A DNA stretch of 64,000 bases from the NCBI GenBank assembly GCA_018266765.1, contig JAFDZU010000010.1:4916-68915 (forward strand), given 5' to 3'. Shown one piece after another: positions 8,970 to 18,034 of this stretch (positions are counted from its first letter, which is position 1; each line of letters begins with the position of its first letter). The position numbers were made by a program, and so were the translations under genes. The notes beneath the pieces were generated by a model. The model saw only the letters and a list, made by a program, of their open reading frames with translations, was not told the origin of the DNA and made no database searches. The DNA comes from Bacteroidota bacterium. Its GTDB lineage: Bacteria > Bacteroidota > Ignavibacteria > Kapaibacteriales > UBA961.

Positions 8970-11147
8970 ATGAATGCTTCTTACGATTCTATAATCAAAA
9001 ACACAGCAGAACAAAAGAAAACTTCTATATTTCAGTTTTCCAAAACCTATCCTGCTTTTATTGCATTAGTTATTGGATTAGTACTAAGTATTCTTATTTG
9101 GAACTATGTAAGTGAAACTGTTCGAACAGACCGTGAAGCCGCCTTCGATAAGGCCGCTTCATCAGTCATGAATCGCTTGCAAACCGCGTATGACCGTCAA
9201 TACCAAATCCTGAATTCATTTGAAAGATTATATAAAAATTCAGTGCAAGTAGTTCGGGGAGTATTTGAACTCTATGGTTCGATTCCGACAAGTTCATACC
9301 CTTCTATATTGAGTGTTTCATATGTTCCTTCGGTTAAAGCAAAAGAAAAAGAAGAATTTGTTTATTATGCTCGTTCAGAACGCTACTTTGACTACGTAAT
9401 TCATCCTCAAGGTGACCGTGATTATTATTATCCTATTGAGTATATAGTACCACTTGATAAAAATTTACACCGAAGTGGTTTTGATTTAGCAACCCAACCA
9501 GAAGCAGCACAAACAATTGAACTAGCTCAAAAAAATGAAGGAATTTTTTGTTCACCTTTTTATAATGTCCGTCCTGATACAATGGGGTTTTTGTTGTTGT
9601 TTAATGTTCAAAAAAAGATAACAGACCCAGTTGAAATTGCTCTTAAAGGAGATAAAATTGACGGAGTTGTAATGGTTGAATTAGATGCTAAAAGTTTTTT
9701 TAATAGTGCTATTACAAATAACCCTGCTTCAGGTGATACAAGTATTACATTTGAATGCTTTGATAAAACTACTGGTTCGCAAAGTATCTTTGCTTCGACT
9801 AATAGAAATATTCAACCGGAACATCCACTTTTAGTTGAAGATAGAAAATTTGAAATTGCTAATCGTGAAATTCATGTTCAATTTGCAACTGTTCCTAATT
9901 TTGGAGGTCAATTTCAAGGAATATTACCTCTTATTGCTTTGCTTGGCGGTGTTGTTACTAGCTTTATAGGGTTTGGTTTTGTTCTTTCGATTGTTACAGC
10001 CCGCGCTCGCGCATTAGATATTGCAGATAAAATGACTCGCTCTCAGCGCAGAATAGTTGAATCTTCTCAAGATATTATTGCTGTAATGGATTTAAGTGGT
10101 TCTTGGAAATCTTTGAGTCCTGCCGTGAAATCTGTTCTTCAATACTCTGAGGCAGAATTAGTAGGAAAAACCATCTATGATAGTTTTTATAGCGATAATG
10201 ATGCTAAAAAATTACATGACGAATTAGAATCTGCTAAAGATGAAGTTGGTGTTATGTTTGACGTTCAGACTATCACAAAATCCGAAGAAATTCGATGGTT
10301 AAGTTGGAATCTTACAGTATCTCGTGCTGATGGTTTGATTTATGCTGTAGGACGTGATATAACACTCCAAAAAACTGCAGAAGCGCAATTTAAGCTTAAA
10401 AATAAACAAGTACAGCTTGCCGAACAAGCCGCACTTGAAGGGAGCGAATTTAAATCAAAATTTATGAGGGATTTAAGCCATAACTTGAGAAATGCTCTCA
10501 CAGGTACTATGGGATTCTTGCAATTACTTTCGTCTAAAGCTTATTCAAACGATGAAGAGAGACATGTTTTTATTAAAACTGCAGAAGAAAGCTCTGAGCA
10601 ATTGTTTACCTTCGTTACTGATATTATAGATATAGCTGGTGACCAAGAAGCGACAGGAGTATTTGAACGTGAAAGAGTATTGTTTTCTTCAATCACTTCA
10701 AAAGTGCAAGAACAACTTAATGCTCAAAATCCAAATAAGAATGCAGAGATCAGTATTATTATAAATAAAAAAGGTGAAGATCCTATCGCCCTTGTGTATG
10801 AAGATTTATTTGTAGAATCATTAGTAAATACATACCTTGCACTCTCGGGTGGATTATTAAAATGCACTTTAGATATATCGGTTCGAGCAAATACGTATGA
10901 TAATCTTGTTGAAATAGAAATTCTTTCTACACCAGACTCTGATATAGCTGATGCTATCAAAAATTATAAAAATGATTCTACCCATTTAGTTGAAGCATTA
11001 ACTAAAGACAAAAATGATGTTATGTTTAATCTTGGATTGGCGGCTAGTGCATTAAGGAGATTAAATGGTGGATTGATGATTGATTCTTTAGGAGCAGGTG
11101 AACAAAATGTAGCAATGATTACGGTTCCACTAGCTAAAACTAAATAA
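8970..11147 (+). CDS. Sensor histidine kinase: TM, periplasmic CHASE domain, TM, PAS, HisKA and an atypical HATPase domain.
   Basis: Two TM segments (FIALVIGLVLSILIW; ILPLIALLGGVVTSFIGFGFVLSIV). Between them, SVSYVPSVKAKEKEEFVYYARSE…YYYPIEYIVPLDKNLHRSGFDLATQPEAAQTIELAQKNEG matches the CHASE pattern. H-box FMRDLSHNLRNALTGTMGFLQLL. G2-like FNLGLAASALRRLNGGLMIDSLGAGE. I could not recognise the G1 DxGxG box. Confidence 0.75.
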   Translation: MNASYDSIIKNTAEQKKTSIFQFSKTYPAFIALVIGLVLSILIWNYVSETVRTDREAAFDKAASSVMNRLQTAYDRQYQILNSFERLYKNSVQVVRGVFELYGSIPTSSYPSILSVSYVPSVKAKEKEEFVYYARSERYFDYVIHPQGDRDYYYPIEYIVPLDKNLHRSGFDLATQPEAAQTIELAQKNEGIFCSPFYNVRPDTMGFLLLFNVQKKITDPVEIALKGDKIDGVVMVELDAKSFFNSAITNNPASGDTSITFECFDKTTGSQSIFASTNRNIQPEHPLLVEDRKFEIANREIHVQFATVPNFGGQFQGILPLIALLGGVVTSFIGFGFVLSIVTARARALDIADKMTRSQRRIVESSQDIIAVMDLSGSWKSLSPAVKSVLQYSEAELVGKTIYDSFYSDNDAKKLHDELESAKDEVGVMFDVQTITKSEEIRWLSWNLTVSRADGLIYAVGRDITLQKTAEAQFKLKNKQVQLAEQAALEGSEFKSKFMRDLSHNLRNALTGTMGFLQLLSSKAYSNDEERHVFIKTAEESSEQLFTFVTDIIDIAGDQEATGVFERERVLFSSITSKVQEQLNAQNPNKNAEISIIINKKGEDPIALVYEDLFVESLVNTYLALSGGLLKCTLDISVRANTYDNLVEIEILSTPDSDIADAIKNYKNDSTHLVEALTKDKNDVMFNLGLAASALRRLNGGLMIDSLGAGEQNVAMITVPLAKTK

Positions 11148-11171
11148 TTCAAGTGGTAAGTAAATAAAATA

Positions 11172-11214
11172 AAAACGCCTTTCGGGATTTCAAACGAAGG
11201 GCGTTTTCTTTTTC
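11172..11214 (+). terminator. Rho-independent terminator after the kinase gene.
   Basis: AAACGCCTTTCG…CGAAGGGCGTTT inverted repeat, followed by TTCTTTTTC. Confidence 0.6.
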
Positions 11215-11378
11215 ATTATAATTAGAAATCATGTTTTTAGGATAATTATATAAATTGTTCCATGACTATAAAATATAAACTCAAAATTTTTTTCACAAGA
11301 AATACACGATAAAATTCGTCATAGAGTTGATAATGTAGATTATAATTACTTACTTGAACGATAATGAAGGGATAGTTT

Positions 11379-12023
11379 ATGGAAATGAATGATAAAAATC
11401 CCGCCTCGCGAAATATGGGCGGAAAACTAAAAAATCTATATAATTCTTATATTCGTACTGAAGATATTCAAGGAAAACAAGCTATGAATGACGATACACT
11501 CGAACTCCACCATGAGTCGAACATTGACTCAACTGAACATCAAAATAATGATAGTTCTTTGCACGAAAAAATTATTGCACTCGAAAAAGAACGTGATGAA
11601 ATGCGCGAACAAGCTCTGAGACGCACAGCAGAATTAGAAAATTTTCGCAGACGTACCATTAAAGAAAAACAGGAACTTACAGAATATGCAAACCAACATT
11701 TGCTGTTTAAAATGCTGCCGGTTATTGACGATTTACATTCAGCACTCAATGCAGCGCAGAAAAATACTGATTACCAAAGTTTACTTGAAGGTGTTGAAAT
11801 GATTTATAAAAAAGCAGTTAAAATTTTTGAAGATTCAGGAGTACTTGTAATTGAATCATCACTCGGAGAGCCGTTTAATGTCGATGTTCACGAAGCATTG
11901 GCACACTTACCTTCCGATACTCCCGAAGGGCATATTATTCAGGAAGTACAACGCGGCTATCTCTTCAGAGATAAAGTATTACGCCATACTAAAGTAATTA
12001 CATCAGCAGGACAACCTGAATAA
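11379..12023 (+). CDS. grpE: Nucleotide exchange factor GrpE.
   Basis: Coiled-coil N-region, then RRRTIKEKQELTEYANQHLLFKMLPVIDDL and the C-terminal beta domain FNVDVHEALAHLPSD…IIQEVQRGYLFRDKVLRHTKV. SD-like GAAGGGA upstream. Confidence 0.85.
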   Translation: MEMNDKNPASRNMGGKLKNLYNSYIRTEDIQGKQAMNDDTLELHHESNIDSTEHQNNDSSLHEKIIALEKERDEMREQALRRTAELENFRRRTIKEKQELTEYANQHLLFKMLPVIDDLHSALNAAQKNTDYQSLLEGVEMIYKKAVKIFEDSGVLVIESSLGEPFNVDVHEALAHLPSDTPEGHIIQEVQRGYLFRDKVLRHTKVITSAGQPE

Positions 12024-12053
12024 AAGAAATATGTATAACTTACTATAAAATAT

Positions 12054-13205
12054 ATGAGTAAATCTGATTATTATGATGTTTTAGGTATAAATAAATCTTC
12101 TTCGATAGATGATGTAAAAAGTGCATACCGAAAACTAGCAATGCAATATCATCCCGACAGAAATCCGGACAATAAAGAAGCTGAAGAAAAATTTAAAGAA
12201 GCAACGGAAGCATATGAAGTATTAAGTGATGCAAATAAACGTTCTCGATATGACCAATTTGGACATCAAGGTATCAGAGGCGGTCAGGATTTTCATCAAT
12301 ATCAAAATGTAAATGATATCTTTAGTGCTTTCGGAGATATGTTTAGCGGTAGCAGTATTTTTGATCAATTTTTTGGTGGAGGTCAGCAAAGACGTAATAC
12401 TTCGATGGGAGAACCCGGAAGTGATATACGAATACGACTGCCACTTACACTCGAAGAAATTGCTGATGGTACAAAAAAGAAATTAAATATCAAACGAATG
12501 GTGGTCTGTGAGCCATGTGGAGGCAAAGGTGCGAAACCTGGTAGCGGAATAAGTTCATGTTCAAGTTGTAATGGAACTGGGGAAATTAGACAAGTATCTC
12601 GTTCAGTTTTCGGACAATTTGTGAATATCGCACCTTGTGCAGCGTGTGGAGGTTCAGGGCAGATTATTAAAGAGCCCTGTGTTAGTTGTAATGGTGAAGG
12701 GCGTATAAAGGGTGAGACAACAGAAGAACTAACAATTCCAGCTGGAGTAAGCACCGGAAATTTTATTCCACTGCGTGGAAGAGGTAATGCCGGTAGAAGA
12801 GGTGGTCACCCCGGTGATGCTAATGTAATATTTGAAGAATTGGAACATGAACATTTTATTCGTCAAAATGATGATATTATTTCCGAACTTATTGTCAGTT
12901 TTCCTGAAGCAATATTAGGAGCTGAGATAGAAGTTCAGACTATTAATGGGTTCGGTGAAATTGAAATCAAAGCAGGAACACAGCCGGGAACAGAAATTCG
13001 ATTGCGTGGAAAAGGAATTCAACATTTAAATGAAAAGGGAAGAGGCGACCAAATCGTGAGAGTAAATATTCACGTTCCTAATTCACTATCAACCAAAGAA
13101 AAAACATTGATTAAAGAACTTGCTGATTGTGAAAATTTTTCACCTAATCGCGATGAGAAAAAAGGGAAGGATTTCTTTGACAGAGTGAAAGAAGCATTTT
13201 TATAA
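12054..13205 (+). CDS. dnaJ: Chaperone DnaJ.
   Basis: J-domain YYDVLGINKSSSIDDVKSAYRKLAMQYHPDRNP, G/F region, and four CxxCxGxG zinc-finger repeats (CEPCGGKG, CSSCNGTG, CAACGGSG, CVSCNGEG). Confidence 0.9.
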   Translation: MSKSDYYDVLGINKSSSIDDVKSAYRKLAMQYHPDRNPDNKEAEEKFKEATEAYEVLSDANKRSRYDQFGHQGIRGGQDFHQYQNVNDIFSAFGDMFSGSSIFDQFFGGGQQRRNTSMGEPGSDIRIRLPLTLEEIADGTKKKLNIKRMVVCEPCGGKGAKPGSGISSCSSCNGTGEIRQVSRSVFGQFVNIAPCAACGGSGQIIKEPCVSCNGEGRIKGETTEELTIPAGVSTGNFIPLRGRGNAGRRGGHPGDANVIFEELEHEHFIRQNDDIISELIVSFPEAILGAEIEVQTINGFGEIEIKAGTQPGTEIRLRGKGIQHLNEKGRGDQIVRVNIHVPNSLSTKEKTLIKELADCENFSPNRDEKKGKDFFDRVKEAFL

Positions 13206-13231
13206 TCAATTGAAAATTAATTTTTAGGTGT

Positions 13232-13747
13232 ATGGGCAAAGCATCTTTCATTAATCGTTTACAAGAAGTTTTCGGTGTAACGAAAAATGAAGTTATTGCT
13301 ATGATTTTGATGGTTAGTGGTTTGGCAGTTGGTGTAGTAATCCGTTATAATCCTTTTACATCAATTCACCCTGCTGAATATGATACTACGCTTTCACAAA
13401 AAGTGTATTTGATTTTGGATAGTATTGCTGAATCTGAAAATCGGACATTTTCAGAAGCTGATGAACAAACAAATCCAATTATTGGTCAAGGTGATACAGT
13501 AAGAGCAATGGCTCGCTATACGAGTAAAAGAAAAGAATTACCTAAGAATAAAATAAATATAGCGATTGCATTGAAGGCAGAGCTAATGCGACTGCCGGGT
13601 GTCGGTGAGAAAATGGCTGAAAAAATTCTCGAGCACAGGAAGATAACTCCATTTACATCAACACAAGATTTGATGAATGTAAAAGGAATCGGAAAAAAGA
13701 AATTCGAAAAAATTGAACCATACATTATTTTTGAAAAAAAGAAGTAA
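13232..13747 (+). CDS. ComEA-like membrane-anchored tandem helix-hairpin-helix DNA-binding protein.
   Basis: N-terminal TM (VIAMILMVSGLAVGVVI) and C-terminal HhH pairs LMRLPGVGEKMAEKILEHRK and LMNVKGIGKKKFEKIEPYI. Confidence 0.65.
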   Translation: MGKASFINRLQEVFGVTKNEVIAMILMVSGLAVGVVIRYNPFTSIHPAEYDTTLSQKVYLILDSIAESENRTFSEADEQTNPIIGQGDTVRAMARYTSKRKELPKNKINIAIALKAELMRLPGVGEKMAEKILEHRKITPFTSTQDLMNVKGIGKKKFEKIEPYIIFEKKK

Positions 13748-13791
13748 AAAATCCGTCAAGGAAATCGTCCACAAATTGAATTTCTAATGAT

Positions 13792-14703
13792 ATGCAAGCA
13801 ATCCTGACTATTTATCTTAGGAGCGACCGTACTCAAATTACCATTATTCAGCAAACAACTAAAGGATTTGAACTTAGTTATATAAAGTCCATTCCAGAAT
13901 ATGTTGATTCGGATGGTGATGTGTTTATGTTTTTAAAAAAAATAGAGTTACTTAGGCGAGAAATAATAGTTCATTATGATAAAATAAGAATATGTTTTCC
14001 TACCGAGAATATATTTGTTCACCAATTTCCTGCTGTAAAATCTAGTAATCAAGATGGTCTCAAGCAACTGCTTGAGTTAGAAATTCGCCAAGCATATCCT
14101 CAGCATTCCCTTGAAGATTATCACTCTATTGTATTACCTTTAACTCCAAAATTAGATGGCTCGGAAATGATGATTGCATTGATGATTGAAAAAGAGCAAC
14201 TCATAGTAGCCAATCAAATTTCTGAAATTTTTGATCTTAGGTGTGAGAACGTATATATTAGTCATTTTGCTGCACATGGTGCATTACTTTATAATTATCC
14301 TGAGCAAACAGAAAATACTATCATTGTAATTGGAATTCAGAATAGATTTGCAGACATAAGTGTACTCAAGAAAGGGGTTCTTGCATATTATGGTATTGTA
14401 CCTTATAATTTTAAAGATGAAGTTGGTAAAATATTTGATAAAGAAATTGAAAAGCTCCTTTCAGAATATATTCCATTTGCTGATTCAGCTTTTATTTTCG
14501 GTCCGGGACTTACCAGCGAAATTCTCTCACTAATCAGTGAAATATTACCATTGCCAATTCAACGCCTCAATCCTTTTCGAATGATGACTACCAAATTAAG
14601 TAGTTCTGACCGTGAGTATTGTACCAAAGCTGCACACCTTTTTCCTCCTAGTGTAGGTACTTCACTACCTGAAATTCAATCAGAAGATATGATTAAACTG
14701 TAA
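13792..14703 (+). CDS. Hypothetical protein, possibly a degenerate PilM/FtsA-like actin-fold protein.
   Basis: The order of secondary-structure-like segments resembles PilM (N-terminal beta strands ILTIYLRSDRTQITIIQ; central EMMIALMIEKEQLIVANQISEIFDLRCENVYIS; TIIVIGIQNRFADISVLKKGVLAYYGIVPYNF). The phosphate-1 DxGxxxxK-type motif is not conserved. The call is weak. Confidence 0.35.
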   Translation: MQAILTIYLRSDRTQITIIQQTTKGFELSYIKSIPEYVDSDGDVFMFLKKIELLRREIIVHYDKIRICFPTENIFVHQFPAVKSSNQDGLKQLLELEIRQAYPQHSLEDYHSIVLPLTPKLDGSEMMIALMIEKEQLIVANQISEIFDLRCENVYISHFAAHGALLYNYPEQTENTIIVIGIQNRFADISVLKKGVLAYYGIVPYNFKDEVGKIFDKEIEKLLSEYIPFADSAFIFGPGLTSEILSLISEILPLPIQRLNPFRMMTTKLSSSDREYCTKAAHLFPPSVGTSLPEIQSEDMIKL

Positions 14704-14880
14704 AATATCACGATGTTTGATGGTTATTCATAGTTCACCATTATAAAAAATTACCTTCTCTATGAAAAATAGAGTGTAAAGATTCCTCCAGAAAAGTTAT
14801 TTTTGAATAAGTTTAATGCGTCAAATTAATTTGGTGTGTATCTAATTTTAATAGTTCAACCGACTAAATACGAGCCAATT

Positions 14881-17334
14881 ATGCCTCAAAATCCTATTCC
14901 TAGCAAAGAAATCGAATCCTCAATTCAGAAATTTTGGGATGTAGTAAAATTATCAGGAGAATTGATAATTTCATTGCAAGAAGATAATGCTTCGCTTGCC
15001 CAAAAAGTAGCAGGGATTGAAGACTTGTTTGATGGAAAAAAAGTTGAATATGCTGCTTTAACCAATAGACTATCAGAACTTCAAACTCAGATTGAAGGTT
15101 ATCAAGCTCGTATTCAAAAAGTAAGTATTCAAGAAGCTCAGCAAAAGGATTTATTAGATTCTCTCGAAGAAAAAAACCGTAAAATAAAAGAGATTACAAA
15201 TGAAAAGAATGCTTTAGAAACTGAAAAATTAACATTAGTACAAACTGTAGAATCTTTACAAGAAGCTGTAATTAATCATGAACATTCTCTACGTCGAATT
15301 GAATTATTAGAACAAGAAAAGCAGGAATTGACTGGGCATTTGGATGAGATGAAGGAGTTTGAACAAAATAGGGAAATGATTCAGAAAGAACTTGCAAGAC
15401 GGAACGTAGAAGTAAATACTCGAATAAATGAAGCTCAACAATATAAGAATCAAATTGCTGAAATTGAAGATAAACTTTTTGAAATCCCAAAGTTAAAAGA
15501 GGAAATCGAGAAACTAATTACTTCGCTTTCGACTATCACCGAACAACGCGATAAATTGCTCCAAACTCATGAGCAAGCCGCTGAATTTACTAAAAACTAC
15601 GAAGACTTACAATCCAAATTACAAGAATATTCAAACCAAATTCTCGAATCTCAAAATCAAAAAGAGACAGACGACTCAACTATAGCAGAAGCTTTTGAAC
15701 GAATTACTGACCTTGAAAACAAACTAAATTCCGAACGATCTACTCAAGCTCGCCTCCATGTAGAGTTGCGCTCTGCTCGTGATTATGAAGAGCAAATTGC
15801 CAGACATTTAGGAGCGTTGGATGAATATTCATCCCAAATATTAGAACTAAAGAAGCAGAAATCTCTAACTGAACAATTGTTTGCAGAGGCGCAATCAGCG
15901 ATGCTTGCCGCACAAGCCGCTTTTGAAGTCGAAAAATCAAGTAACTGGGATTTGTCTGAAAAATATCAAATTCTTTCAGGACAATTAGTTACAGCTCAAA
16001 GTGAACTTGAAAAGCAATTAAATAGATTTAATTCTCTCGATGAAATACATAAAACCACAGATAAAAATTATAAAGAATTAAAAGAAGCGACTGAGCTTGC
16101 TCAAATCCAAACAAGTGAATATTTAACTGCTAAAAATGAAGCAGAACATCAATTAGAAAATGAAAAGGAACAAAGAACAGCAATTGAAGCTACAATTGCA
16201 ACTCTTAATTCTGAGTTAAGTCATTCAAAAAAAGAAGTATTGGAATTGCAAGGTGAAATTGAGAAAACTATTCTAACCAAAGCTGAAATAGAAGAAAAAG
16301 TAATTGAAATTCAAGGTAATTACGATTCTCTAAAATCAACCTTTGAATCGTTAAATAAAGAATTAATTGCCACCAAGAAAGAATCTGATAATTTACACAA
16401 TGAACTAGAAAAAATTGCATTAGCCAAGGCAGACGCTGAAGAAAAATTACGTGAAGCAATTGAAAAACAAACAACTTCAGAAATAAGTAATGATTTGTCC
16501 GGAAAAGAGCTAATTGCATATAAAAAGGAAATCACTGAATTACAAAGTGAACTCGAAAAAATTGCTTTGGCAAAAGCAGACACAGAGGAGAAATTACAAG
16601 AAGAGATTGATCTTCATAAGATTTCAGAATCAAAATTTAAAGAAATTAGCAAAGAACTTTTAGAATCGAAAAAAGAAAGTAAACACTTACAAGATGAATT
16701 AGAAAAATTAGCTTTAGCCAAAGTAGGAATTGAGGAAAAAATTCTTGAAGAAACTGAACTTCGTAAAACTCTAACGAAAAAATTAGAACAAGCATTAGAA
16801 GAAAAATCATTGTTGACAAAAGAATTACACGTTAAAGTGGAACAAGAAGAGTTGGGTAGTAACGAACTGTTGGCAGAAATTACTCGAACAAAAGAAGAAG
16901 TTAAATCTTTACGGAAAAAGCTGGCAATAGAAGAAGAAGAGAAAACTCAGCAAGATCTAATAATTCAACAATATAAAGAAGCGTATGATGCAGCAGACCG
17001 GATTCATCAATATAACAAAAGTCTTGAACGAGAACGAGATGAATTAACAATTGAATTAAGTAAAGTGCGACAAGCACTTTATAATTCTAATGAACAGATG
17101 CAAAAAAACGAGAATGAACTATTATCTCGTATCGAAATTTTAAATAAAGAATTAGCTGTCACTCAAACTGAAGATAAAGTACTAAAAACACTTTCTGTAA
17201 AAAAGGGTAAAAACATACCTATAATTGAACCTATTGTAGAAATACCAGCAATAGAAGATAAAAAAGCTGTAGTTGTCAACAAAATAGGGGATATTCTTGC
17301 AAGATTAGAAGAAGCATTACACCAACCAGAATAG
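14881..17334 (+). CDS. Long coiled-coil protein (~818 aa) with internal ~49-aa tandem repeats.
   Basis: The ORF-track start at 14836 is GTG; the first ATG is 14881 (MPQNPIPSK…). The protein is almost entirely E/K/L/Q heptads. It carries three copies of ELEKIALAKADAEEKL-like units. Confidence 0.7.
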   Translation: MPQNPIPSKEIESSIQKFWDVVKLSGELIISLQEDNASLAQKVAGIEDLFDGKKVEYAALTNRLSELQTQIEGYQARIQKVSIQEAQQKDLLDSLEEKNRKIKEITNEKNALETEKLTLVQTVESLQEAVINHEHSLRRIELLEQEKQELTGHLDEMKEFEQNREMIQKELARRNVEVNTRINEAQQYKNQIAEIEDKLFEIPKLKEEIEKLITSLSTITEQRDKLLQTHEQAAEFTKNYEDLQSKLQEYSNQILESQNQKETDDSTIAEAFERITDLENKLNSERSTQARLHVELRSARDYEEQIARHLGALDEYSSQILELKKQKSLTEQLFAEAQSAMLAAQAAFEVEKSSNWDLSEKYQILSGQLVTAQSELEKQLNRFNSLDEIHKTTDKNYKELKEATELAQIQTSEYLTAKNEAEHQLENEKEQRTAIEATIATLNSELSHSKKEVLELQGEIEKTILTKAEIEEKVIEIQGNYDSLKSTFESLNKELIATKKESDNLHNELEKIALAKADAEEKLREAIEKQTTSEISNDLSGKELIAYKKEITELQSELEKIALAKADTEEKLQEEIDLHKISESKFKEISKELLESKKESKHLQDELEKLALAKVGIEEKILEETELRKTLTKKLEQALEEKSLLTKELHVKVEQEELGSNELLAEITRTKEEVKSLRKKLAIEEEEKTQQDLIIQQYKEAYDAADRIHQYNKSLERERDELTIELSKVRQALYNSNEQMQKNENELLSRIEILNKELAVTQTEDKVLKTLSVKKGKNIPIIEPIVEIPAIEDKKAVVVNKIGDILARLEEALHQPE
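16400..16765 (+). repeat. Three imperfect ~147-bp tandem coding repeats inside the coiled-coil gene.
   Basis: gaactagaaaaaattgcattagccaaggcagacgctgaagaaaaatta (16402), gaactcgaaaaaattgctttggcaaaagcagacacagaggagaaatta (16549) and gaattagaaaaattagctttagccaaagtaggaattgaggaaaaaatt (16695). Confidence 0.7.
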
Positions 17335-17470
17335 AAAATTTTGCATCATTTAACTTTGTAAACAAAGCAAATTACTTATACCAAAAAATAATTTGTAACT
17401 TTTTTTTAGGGTACGGTGTCTGTAGATTTGAACGCCGAAACTATAATTAACTGATTTTTGGAGAAATGCC

Positions 17471-18034
17471 ATGTCGCTGTCAGTCCGAAAGCCGAATGAA
17501 GACGATTTGCGAGAAGCTGCCGACGAATTACGTTCGGGAAGCGCGGTGGCATTTCAGTTTCTCTACAAAGAGTATTCTCACAGCGTTTATCGGTTTTGTT
17601 TTAGAATGGTTGGTGATTCGGTAGCAGCACAAGATGCATTTCAAGAGACATTTATGAAGGTGTATGAACACCATCAAGAGTTTAGAGGGGACAATTTTGC
17701 GGCTTGGTTATTTACAATTGCCCGGAGGGTATGTCTTAACCATCTTCGTTCTAAAAAAGACCATGCGATTTTCGATGAAGAAGAGCATGGTTCAAATTCT
17801 CTCTTTCCGGTAAATGATATAGGTATGCAACTTTGCGTTAATAATGCACTTATGCTCCTACCGCTACAGCTTCGAGAAGCTGTAATCCTTCGTGAATACG
17901 AAGGATATTCTTATCAAGAAATAGCATTAATAGTTAGTATTGATATTTCACTTGCAAAAGTTCGGGTACATCGAGCCAGATTACTTCTTCGTAAATTATT
18001 AGCACCTGTTATGCAGGAATGGTATGAATCTTAA
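17471..18034 (+). CDS. ECF-type RNA polymerase sigma-70 family factor.
   Basis: Region 2 FQFLYKEYSHSVYRFCFRMVGDSVAAQDAFQETFMKVY. Region 4 HTH YSYQEIALIVSIDISLAKVRVHRARLLLRK. 187 aa. Confidence 0.8.
   Translation: MSLSVRKPNEDDLREAADELRSGSAVAFQFLYKEYSHSVYRFCFRMVGDSVAAQDAFQETFMKVYEHHQEFRGDNFAAWLFTIARRVCLNHLRSKKDHAIFDEEEHGSNSLFPVNDIGMQLCVNNALMLLPLQLREAVILREYEGYSYQEIALIVSIDISLAKVRVHRARLLLRKLLAPVMQEWYES

Noticed and set aside
11215-11378. Searched for a CIRCE/HrcA operator upstream of grpE.
   Set aside because: No TTAGCACTC…GAGTGCTAA-like inverted repeat is present.
12383-12754. 123-aa minus-strand ORF.
   Set aside because: It lies fully antisense inside dnaJ (zinc-finger region); it is an artefact of GC-rich codons.
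16268-16583. Two minus-strand ORFs (83 and 87 aa).
   Set aside because: They are antisense to the E/K/L-rich coiled-coil gene; repetitive codons such as GAA, AAA and TTA produce stop-free antisense frames.
16400-16765. Regularly spaced ~147-bp repeats, considered as a possible CRISPR-like array.
   Set aside because: The repeats are imperfect and in-frame, and they encode a repeated coiled-coil peptide inside a long ORF. There is no repeat/spacer alternation.
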